The notes beneath the pieces are model-generated. The model saw only the letters and a list, made by a program, of their open reading frames with translations. It was not told where the DNA came from and searched no databases. Below are positions 44,856 to 53,087 of a stretch of DNA of 64,000 nt, one piece after another. The stretch's first letter is position 1. Each line of letters starts with the position of its first letter. The DNA is taken from NCBI GenBank assembly GCA_046706945.1, contig JBJKOY010000213.1, positions 731 to 64,730 of the forward strand, in the 5' to 3' direction. Origin of the DNA: Ignavibacteriaceae bacterium. Its GTDB lineage: Bacteria > Bacteroidota > Ignavibacteria > Ignavibacteriales > Ignavibacteriaceae. The translations under genes and the position numbers were made by a program.

Positions 44856-47219
44856 ATGAAGGAAAGAATTCAAAAGCTCAGGGAACAGTCCTTAAATGCA
44901 GTTCCCGGGATCTCTCTGGAAAGAGCGTTGCTTTTAACGGAATTTTATAAAGGCACGGCAGCCAATAAAGTTTCGGTGCCGGTTGCAAGGGCTCTCGCAT
45001 TCCAATATCTGTTGAACAAAAAAAAGATTTATATAAATGAGGGTGAATTGATTGTCGGTGAAAGAGGTCCGGCACCCAAGGAAACGCCCACTTATCCCGA
45101 ACTGTGCACTCACAGCCTGCGGGATTTTGAAATACTCGATACGCGTCCCAAAGTTTCTTTTAAAGTAGACGACAAGCCGAGAAAACTTCAGGAATCCGAA
45201 ATTATTCCTTTCTGGAAAGGGAAGTCGATAAGAGACAGGATATTCGAAGAAGTCGATGACGAATGGAAAGAAGCATACGAAGCAGGGATATTCACCGAAT
45301 TCATGGAACAAAGGGCTCCCGGGCATACGGTCCTGGATGATAAAATTTATAAGAAGGGCATGCTTGATTTTAAAGCCGATATAAAAGCTTCAATTGAGAG
45401 CATAAATTTCCTAACCGATCCCGAGGCATTGGACAAACGCGAAGAACTGAAAGCGATGGAAATTGCCGCCGATGCGATTATAGGTTTCGCAAAAAGATAT
45501 TCCGAAGCCGCAAAGCAGCTTGCGGATTCAGAACCCGATTCGGAAAGAAAAAACGAACTGAACCGGATCGCGGATATCTGCGGCAAAGTGCCGGCAAACG
45601 CACCTCAAAATTTCTGGGAAGCGCTCCAGTATTACTGGTTTATACATCTCGGGATAATTACCGAACTGAATACTTGGGATTCTTTTAATCCGGGCAGGCT
45701 GGACAGGCATTTATATCAGTTCTATAAAAGGGGACTGGAAGACGGTTCCTTAACCGAAGAAAAGGCAAAGGAATTACTGCAGGCTTTCTGGTGCAAATTC
45801 AATAATCAGCCTGCGCCTCCCAAGGTGGGCGTTACAGCCCAGGAAAGCAATACCTACACTGATTTCTGTCTAATAAATTTAGGCGGGGTAGACGAATTCG
45901 GAAACGACGCAGCCAACGAACTTACTTATATCATTCTCGATGTAATCGAAGAAATGAGACTGCTCCAGCCCAGCTCCATGGTTCAAATCAGCAAGAAGAA
46001 CCCTGACAGGCTGGTTAAGCGAGCCTTAAAAATTATAAAGACCGGATACGGTCAGCCGTCGCTGTTTAATACTGATGCGATTATCCAGGAACTGCTTCGC
46101 CAGGGGAAATCGGTAACAGATGCCAGGAACGGCGGCGCCAGCGGATGCGTAGAAACCGGCGCCTTCGGAAAAGAAAGCTATATATTGACGGGTTATTTTA
46201 ATCTAGTTAAAATACTTGAACTTACTTTGAACAACGGCATTGATCCGCGCACCGGAAAACAGCTCGGCCTTAAGACGGGCGACCCGGCCGAATTTCTCTC
46301 ATACGAAGTTTTGTTCGATGCTTTCAAAAAACAGTTGAATTATTTTATCGATATTAAGATCAAAGGCAACCGCATTATCGAGTTATTGTATTCAAAAATA
46401 CTGCCGGCTCCGTTTATGTCGATTTTAATAGACGACTGCATTAAGAACGGCAGGGATTACAACAGCGGCGGCGCAAGGTACAATTCATCTTATATCCAGG
46501 GTGTGGGAATAGGAAGCATCACCGATTCGCTTGCCGCGGTTAAATACAATGTTTTTGACAAGCATAATTTTTCAATGGAAGAATTATTAAACGCTTTAAA
46601 AGCCAACTACGGCGGCTTTGAAGAAATTAGAAATGAAGTCCTTTATAAAACGCCGAAATACGGCAACGATAACGATTATGCCGACGATTTATTAAAACAA
46701 ATCTTCGAAGTATATTTCGAATCGATAGACGGAAGACCGAATACCAAAGGCGGGTATTACAGAATTAATCTTTTGCCGACCACGTGTCATATTTATTTCG
46801 GATCGGTTGTCGGCGCTACGCCAGACGGGCGGCTTGCGGCCGAGCCTTTATCGGAAGGGATTTCCCCGGTACAGGGCGCGGATGTTTTCGGTCCCACCGC
46901 GGTTATTAAGTCGGCTTCTAAGATCGATCATTTAAGAACAGGCGGCACGCTGCTGAATCAAAAGTTCACTCCGATGTTTTTTGATAATCCTGACGGTTAC
47001 GAAAAACTTACTCAATTAATCAGAACGTATTTCAGGATGGACGGACACCATATTCAATTCAACGTAGTATCGGCAAAAACATTGCGTGATGCCCAGAAAC
47101 ATCCCGAGAAGTACAGGGACTTAATAGTTAGGGTAGCGGGCTACAGCGATTATTTCGTCGATTTAATTCCCGAACTGCAGGAAGAAATCATCAGAAGAAC
47201 GGAACAAGCCGTAATTTAG
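44856..47219 (+). CDS. glycyl radical enzyme, PFL2/dehydratase-type (Cys-x-Glu active site), substrate unknown
   Basis: C-terminal glycyl radical motif LIVRVAGYSDYF. Thiyl loop GGASGCVETG has a single Cys followed by x-Glu, not the Cys-Cys of pyruvate formate-lyase. 787 aa. The start is 1 nt after the activase stop. Confidence 0.9.
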   Translation: MKERIQKLREQSLNAVPGISLERALLLTEFYKGTAANKVSVPVARALAFQYLLNKKKIYINEGELIVGERGPAPKETPTYPELCTHSLRDFEILDTRPKVSFKVDDKPRKLQESEIIPFWKGKSIRDRIFEEVDDEWKEAYEAGIFTEFMEQRAPGHTVLDDKIYKKGMLDFKADIKASIESINFLTDPEALDKREELKAMEIAADAIIGFAKRYSEAAKQLADSEPDSERKNELNRIADICGKVPANAPQNFWEALQYYWFIHLGIITELNTWDSFNPGRLDRHLYQFYKRGLEDGSLTEEKAKELLQAFWCKFNNQPAPPKVGVTAQESNTYTDFCLINLGGVDEFGNDAANELTYIILDVIEEMRLLQPSSMVQISKKNPDRLVKRALKIIKTGYGQPSLFNTDAIIQELLRQGKSVTDARNGGASGCVETGAFGKESYILTGYFNLVKILELTLNNGIDPRTGKQLGLKTGDPAEFLSYEVLFDAFKKQLNYFIDIKIKGNRIIELLYSKILPAPFMSILIDDCIKNGRDYNSGGARYNSSYIQGVGIGSITDSLAAVKYNVFDKHNFSMEELLNALKANYGGFEEIRNEVLYKTPKYGNDNDYADDLLKQIFEVYFESIDGRPNTKGGYYRINLLPTTCHIYFGSVVGATPDGRLAAEPLSEGISPVQGADVFGPTAVIKSASKIDHLRTGGTLLNQKFTPMFFDNPDGYEKLTQLIRTYFRMDGHHIQFNVVSAKTLRDAQKHPEKYRDLIVRVAGYSDYFVDLIPELQEEIIRRTEQAVI

Positions 47220-47242
47220 AAACTGAATTAAAAAAGAAAAGC

Positions 47243-47977
47243 TTAAAGTCCCCACTGGCCGGAGTTATCCCTCGCTTCAACGTTATTTTCTATTGAATCG
47301 TCCAGCGCCGGGAAAAAATCAATTCCCGTGAGCGATTCCAGGGCATTTACCGGTACAATATAATCCTTTAATTCTCCGACCGCGCCTATTTGGGGAATCA
47401 GAAAGGCTATCGTTTTCGGCAACCCGTTTTCAAAACGCAGCAGAGCCTTGTAAAAATAGCCCGGCACTGTTACGCTGTCTTTGCCGATGCTGCCGAGATT
47501 ATTAATAAAAACCGGACCGGAAACAACATATACCGTATCGAACTCTTCGGCTTTCTGCCTGACCCATATTTCAAGCTGTTTCCAAATCCCGTTGTTAAAG
47601 CGGTGAAGCTGCGGAGATATGTTGGACATAAGGAACGATTCTCTATTATTTTCCGCGGATAACTGGTTATCCTCCGAAGGCGATAAATGTCCTTTGTCAA
47701 ATCCCGAATTTGCATAATCGTCGGGCGTCGCACTGCCTGATATAATTTTAGCGTCCTTGGCGAAGCAATTGCATCTTCGTGACTCGGTCTTAATTTCATT
47801 TTTATCCAGTTCGTACGCAACCCAATCGGCCTGTTCGTTATGCTCATTATAAGAAAGTGTAAACTGTGTATATTTAACGATCTGATGACCCGGAATTTCC
47901 GCAGGCAGATAATTAAATTGCGCAAAAGATACTTTTGTAATTAGGATAATAGTAAGCACAAAAAATAATGTCCTCAT
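47243..47977 (-). CDS. secreted DNA/RNA non-specific endonuclease (beta-beta-alpha-Me, NucA/EndoG family)
   Basis: Signal peptide MRTLFFVLTIILITKVSFAQ. Active-site motif SGFDKGHLSPSEDN (DRGH-type) and the downstream NISPQ. Confidence 0.85.
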   Translation of the reverse strand: MRTLFFVLTIILITKVSFAQFNYLPAEIPGHQIVKYTQFTLSYNEHNEQADWVAYELDKNEIKTESRRCNCFAKDAKIISGSATPDDYANSGFDKGHLSPSEDNQLSAENNRESFLMSNISPQLHRFNNGIWKQLEIWVRQKAEEFDTVYVVSGPVFINNLGSIGKDSVTVPGYFYKALLRFENGLPKTIAFLIPQIGAVGELKDYIVPVNALESLTGIDFFPALDDSIENNVEARDNSGQWGL

Positions 47978-48324
47978 TTTAGTCCCCGTTATTTTTAAAA
48001 TGATTATACTCGTTTAAAGGACACCGAAATATAATTATCCCGAAGAAATAATCATCTTATTTTTTAAACGAAGTTTCATTTTAAAGATTACATCTAGATA
48101 TATAACATCGATCAAATCTTTTCCTTAATTCTATATATCTCTTTTGAGCCAATTCTTTTCAAACTAGGTATTATCCTAATTAACTTTCAAAACTTATTGA
48201 ATTTACATACGATTTATTTTATGACAAAACTTTGACAATTAATTGTAAAAATTACGACAATTCAGGACGGGAATAATTTTATTATTGATCATAATTCACG
48301 ATTAAGAATTAAACGGGGTTTATT

Positions 48325-50631
48325 ATGAAGAACATTTTTTCGAAAATTGTTATTTTAATTCTCGTCGCTTTTTTAACAAGCAGCTTCGCTCAGGTCGATA
48401 CCTTAACAATCCTGCATATGAACGATACACATTCAACCTTAACCTCCGTAGGCCCGAGAAACGGATCCCTGGAAGGATCCCAGGGCGGGATAGCCAGGGC
48501 CGCTACAATAATAGGAATGACCAGAACGAACGATCCGAACGTTTTGGTGCTTCACGCAGGCGATTATTCGGTCGGTGATCTTTTTTATAACGCATATTTC
48601 GGCGTGCCTGAACTGCAGATATTAAAATCCCTGGGACTTGATGCAATGGCCGTCGGCAACCACGAATGGGACCTGACGCCGTCAACTTTACTGGGAGCCC
48701 TTCAAGCGGCTTTTCCCGACCCAGCAGACGGCTTTCCGCTGCTTTCCGCAAATACGGATCTGTCTGATCCGTCGTTAACCGGTCTAAAGAAATATATCCT
48801 TCCGTATACCGTAAAACAAATTGGAAATATAAAAGTGGGAATATTCGGCATGACTACGCCGGAAACAAACGTAATTTCAAATCCCTCCCCTGCGGTCATC
48901 AGCGAAGATATAATAAATATATCCGCCGGGATGGTTTCAACATTAACGGCACAGAACTGCGATGTGATAATAATGCTTTCTCATCTCGGCCTCGAGCTCG
49001 ATAAAGTTATTGCCGCCAACATCCCGGGCATTAATGTCATTGTAGGCGGACACGATCATTACCTTCTTACAGAACCGGTAGCGGTTACCAATCCTTCCGG
49101 CAAAACAACATTGATAGTTCAGGCAAAATCGAATTATTTATATCTGGGAAAGCTTAAATTGGCCGTAAATAACGGAAACGTCAATTTGATTAATTATAAA
49201 GCGATCCGCCTCGATAAATCCGTTCCCGAAGACCCGGCAGTTTTAGCACAAGTCAATTTTCTGATTTCAAATATCGAAACTACATACGGAATTCCTTTTT
49301 ACACTCAGCAGGCCGGCTATGCCGAATCTTATTTTGAAGAAACCGCAGCCGATCTTCTTTCGGCGGGCGCCCACGATACTCCGATCGGTAATTTGGTGGC
49401 GGATGCTTTCAGATGGAAAACAGGTACGGATATCGCAATACAAGCCGGGGGATTTACGGCTATGCCGTTATACAAAGGTCCATTTGTTCCCGCAGATTTG
49501 TTCAGAATAAACGGCTACGGATTCAATACCGTCAATACGCTTGGTTTCCAATTGGCTACGTTCAAATTGACAGGAGCCGATTTATTGGCCGGATTGGAAT
49601 TCGGCTTATCGAATATTGAGGCCAACGACGAATATTTTATGCAGGTTTCCGGTATGGAATATACATACGACGGAAATTTATCTCCATTTTCAAGATTAAC
49701 TTCGGTCAAAGTCAACGGAAATTCCATAGATCCGAATGCTGTTTATACCGTTACGGCAAACGAGGGCAGCCTGCTTTTCCTAAATTACCTCGGCATTCCC
49801 GTAAATGACTTAAAAATATTGGAAGGCGTCACCGAATTCCAGGCATTGTCGGAATATATTCAAACTACCGGCACGGACATTTATCCAAAAGTACTTGGAA
49901 GGATCGCAGACATTAACTCGAATGCCGGCGGTCAATACGCAGCCGGCGAAGGATGGTTCGAATTTCCTTCCGGTGCTTTATTTTTGAATTCTAAAAACGA
50001 CGGCAAGATGCATTTCAATTTTGAAGTAAACACATTGAAAAGGGGACATGACTTTGATGTCTCTTTTTTTACTACGAAAGGAAAATTCGATTTTAAAGCT
50101 AATAGTTTCGATTGGCTGACAACGGAGAATAACACCGCTCAATTTAAAGGTTCGGGAAAGGTTAACGGCAAAAGCGGATACGGGTTCTTAATTACCGCTT
50201 CGGAAGGTGATAAAGGTAAAGATAAAATTCGGGCGGTAATTTGGGATAAGACAAACGGTGACCGGCTTGTCTTTGATAATTTCTCCCTTCAGAACATACA
50301 CGGAAACATTTCGGTAAGGCAATCCAAGCACAACGGAAAGTTCGAAAAGGAAGTAGCTGCCGTAGATAATCCGCGCGTTTTGCTGAGGAACTACCCGAAT
50401 CCTTTCAATCCCTCGACGACGATTCATTATGAAATACCTGTCGACGGCCTGGTCGTATTAAAAGTTTATGACGTTCTCGGAAGAGAAGTAAAGACGCTTG
50501 TCGACGACTACCGCAGTAAGGGAAGTTATAACGTACTATTCAATGCTTCCGACCTCGCGTCCGGTATTTACATCTACAGGCTGAGCAGCGGAAATTCAAT
50601 CTCCGTTAAGAAGATGCTGCTGATGAAATGA
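48325..50631 (+). CDS. bifunctional metallophosphatase/5'-nucleotidase (UshA family) with an extra domain and a T9SS C-terminal sorting domain
   Basis: Motifs ILHMNDTHS, HAGDYSVGD, VGNHEWD and VGGHDH. 5'-nucleotidase C-domain (GNLVADAF...). C-terminal sorting domain LRNYPNPFNPSTTIHYEIP...GIYIYRLSSGNSISVKKMLLMK. Confidence 0.85.
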   Translation: MKNIFSKIVILILVAFLTSSFAQVDTLTILHMNDTHSTLTSVGPRNGSLEGSQGGIARAATIIGMTRTNDPNVLVLHAGDYSVGDLFYNAYFGVPELQILKSLGLDAMAVGNHEWDLTPSTLLGALQAAFPDPADGFPLLSANTDLSDPSLTGLKKYILPYTVKQIGNIKVGIFGMTTPETNVISNPSPAVISEDIINISAGMVSTLTAQNCDVIIMLSHLGLELDKVIAANIPGINVIVGGHDHYLLTEPVAVTNPSGKTTLIVQAKSNYLYLGKLKLAVNNGNVNLINYKAIRLDKSVPEDPAVLAQVNFLISNIETTYGIPFYTQQAGYAESYFEETAADLLSAGAHDTPIGNLVADAFRWKTGTDIAIQAGGFTAMPLYKGPFVPADLFRINGYGFNTVNTLGFQLATFKLTGADLLAGLEFGLSNIEANDEYFMQVSGMEYTYDGNLSPFSRLTSVKVNGNSIDPNAVYTVTANEGSLLFLNYLGIPVNDLKILEGVTEFQALSEYIQTTGTDIYPKVLGRIADINSNAGGQYAAGEGWFEFPSGALFLNSKNDGKMHFNFEVNTLKRGHDFDVSFFTTKGKFDFKANSFDWLTTENNTAQFKGSGKVNGKSGYGFLITASEGDKGKDKIRAVIWDKTNGDRLVFDNFSLQNIHGNISVRQSKHNGKFEKEVAAVDNPRVLLRNYPNPFNPSTTIHYEIPVDGLVVLKVYDVLGREVKTLVDDYRSKGSYNVLFNASDLASGIYIYRLSSGNSISVKKMLLMK

Positions 50632-51088
50632 TTTTCTATTTAAACTTGAATTGTCCTTGTAGTTTAAGCCGGGAGTATGCGGACCTGCCGGCTTACACTA
50701 CTAGGCGACGTCCTAAAACTCTTTCCGAAATAATTGCCTTAATAATAACCGCTAAGGAGAAGCAGGGGATAATTTGCAAACGGTTGCTCAATATTTAATT
50801 GTCCTATACATCACAGCATTGTTTTTGATCAATATAAATTATTCTATTATAAATTAAGATTACGCTTAGTTTAGTTTTCAAGATGTATAATATTAAATTG
50901 AGACATGAGATACGAAGAATATATACTATAAGTTAAAAAATATTTTCCGGATGATTCCATAAGCTGAAATTCATATTCTCCTGCCCGGTTTAATTACCTT
51001 TGAACGCGGATCTTTTCTTATAAGTAAATACAAATTTCGATTCGGTATAATCTTTTTAACCGAAAATAATTAATTACCAGGAGAAATT

Positions 51089-53035
51089 ATGTTTAAGCAG
51101 TCGTATACACTATTTATATTATTTTATTTATTCGGAATCTCGGTTTATCCCGGATTAATATTTGCAGCATCAATAAACGGGAACACTAAAATATCTTCGG
51201 TTAAACAATTAGAATATAATTCGCCCGACAAAATTAGTGCCGCAGCCGAAGTTAAATTGACAAATAATTCAAATTACGGTATGATTTTAACCGACGGTAC
51301 CGGAAGAACTTTATACTTTTTTACGAATGATAAGGATACGGTAACTTCCTCTTGCAACGGCGGATGTGCAACCATCTGGCCCGCTTTTTATGCCGACAGT
51401 CTTACAATAGGTACCGGCCTTAATCCTGAAGATTTTGGTAAAATAACCCGGTCGGACAGTTCACTTCAAATTACATACAAAGGATGGCCGTTATATTATT
51501 ATTCCGGAGACAATTCTGCCGGTGAAGTTAACGGAGAGGCTTTTAAAGGAGTATGGTATGTGGCTAAACCGAACTATTCAATTATGCTGATGAACAATCA
51601 ACTTGTCGGGGGCGACGGTGTTGATTACAACGATCAATACCAGCCCGGTACGCAAAACGTGCAATATTTTGTTGATGCTTACGGAAGAACTCTTTATTAC
51701 TTTACTAAAGATTCGTTCGACAAAAACAACTTTACCAAATCCGACTTCAGCAACAATTCTTTATGGGCTATTTACCAGGACAGTCTTCAAGCCGTACCTG
51801 TTGGGGTGGACAGCAGTGATTTCGGTACGATTGATGTATATGGCCGGAAGCAGCTTACTTATAAGGGATGGCCTTTATACGAGTTTGGTCAGGATAGTTT
51901 AAGACGCGGAAGTACAAAAGGAGTCAGTTTCCCGGTGCCGGGTATTTGGCCGGTTGCGCAAACGTCCATAAAAAGCGCTACAATAATATCCGAGGTAAAA
52001 ATTACAAATAATCCGAATTACGGAATGATTTTAACCGACGGTACCGGAAGATCTTTATACTTTTTTTCGAATGATAAGGATACCGTTACTTCCGCATGCA
52101 ACGGCGGATGTACAACCATCTGGCCTACCTTTTACGCCGACAGCCTGACGATAGGTGCGGGCCTTGACCGTAAGGATTTCGGTAAAATAACCAGGGCAGA
52201 CAGTTCTCTTCAAATTACGTATAAAGGCTGGCCGCTATATTATTATTCCGGGGACAATTCTGCCGGTGAAGTTAACGGAGAGGCTTTTAAAGGAGTATGG
52301 TATGTGGCTAAACCGAACTATACGATTATGCTGATGAACAATCAACTTGTTGGGGGCAACGGTGTTGATTACAACGATCAATACCAGCCTGGAATGCAAA
52401 CCGTCCAATACTTTGTAGATGCTTACGGAAGAACACTATATTACTTTACTAAAGATTCGTTCGACAAGAATAATTTTACCAAATCGGATTTCAGCAACAA
52501 TTCATTATGGGCTATTTACCAGGACAGTCTGCAGGCCGTACCTCTTGGAGTTGACAGCAGTTATTTCGGGATGATTGATGTTTACGGTAAAAAGCAGCTT
52601 ACGTATAAAGGCTGGCCATTGTATGAGTTCGGTCAGGATAGTCTGGAGCGCGGGAGTACAAAAGGAGTCAGCTTCCCGTCCCCGGGCATTTGGCCGGTTG
52701 CGCAGACTTCCGTAGACAGTGCTACAATTACCGGAGTAATAAACAATAATCAGAATTCAGGTATGCCGAAAGATTTTTCACTTTCCCAGAATTATCCTGA
52801 TCCTTTTAACCCTTCAACGATAATAAGTTACAGTTTGCCCGTACGGTCATTTGTTACTATTAAAGTTTATAACTTGCTTGGCAAGGAAGTGGCAACTCTG
52901 GTTAACGGTATAAAGCAAGCAGGCAGATACACGATTAATTTTGATGCAAGCAAACTTTCCAGCGGAGTTTATTTTTACAGCTTAATTACCGGCAACGGTA
53001 AATTTTTCGCGAAGAAAATGATATTGCTCAAATAA
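51089..53035 (+). CDS. secreted protein with 2 x 2 'secreted repeat of unknown function' (COG4315/Lipoprotein_15-type, Yx[FWY]xxD) modules and a T9SS C-terminal domain
   Basis: Repeated motifs [27 protein letters not shown] and [33 protein letters not shown]-terminal sorting domain [22 protein letters not shown]...[23 protein letters not shown]. Confidence 0.75.
   Translation: MFKQSYTLFILFYLFGISVYPGLIFAASINGNTKISSVKQLEYNSPDKISAAAEVKLTNNSNYGMILTDGTGRTLYFFTNDKDTVTSSCNGGCATIWPAFYADSLTIGTGLNPEDFGKITRSDSSLQITYKGWPLYYYSGDNSAGEVNGEAFKGVWYVAKPNYSIMLMNNQLVGGDGVDYNDQYQPGTQNVQYFVDAYGRTLYYFTKDSFDKNNFTKSDFSNNSLWAIYQDSLQAVPVGVDSSDFGTIDVYGRKQLTYKGWPLYEFGQDSLRRGSTKGVSFPVPGIWPVAQTSIKSATIISEVKITNNPNYGMILTDGTGRSLYFFSNDKDTVTSACNGGCTTIWPTFYADSLTIGAGLDRKDFGKITRADSSLQITYKGWPLYYYSGDNSAGEVNGEAFKGVWYVAKPNYTIMLMNNQLVGGNGVDYNDQYQPGMQTVQYFVDAYGRTLYYFTKDSFDKNNFTKSDFSNNSLWAIYQDSLQAVPLGVDSSYFGMIDVYGKKQLTYKGWPLYEFGQDSLERGSTKGVSFPSPGIWPVAQTSVDSATITGVINNNQNSGMPKDFSLSQNYPDPFNPSTIISYSLPVRSFVTIKVYNLLGKEVATLVNGIKQAGRYTINFDASKLSSGVYFYSLITGNGKFFAKKMILLK
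51248..52735 (+). repeat. in-frame tandem duplication, 2 x 744 bp (2 x 248 aa)
   Basis: Unit 1 (51248-51991, EVKLTNN...SATIIS) and unit 2 (51992-52735, EVKITNN...SATITG) differ at about 26 of 248 residues by hand count. They include DNA stretches of tens of bases that are identical. Confidence 0.85.
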
Positions 53036-53087
53036 TTAAAACGATTTCTATTAATAGGAATTTTTAAAAGGGAATGAAGGCGCAGCC

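Noticed and set aside
48235-48246. Perfect 12-bp palindrome ACAATTAATTGT about 80 bp upstream of the 5'-nucleotidase gene.
   Set aside because: AT-only palindromes of this length are expected many times by chance in 64 kb of AT-rich DNA. I saw no second copy or related half-sites.
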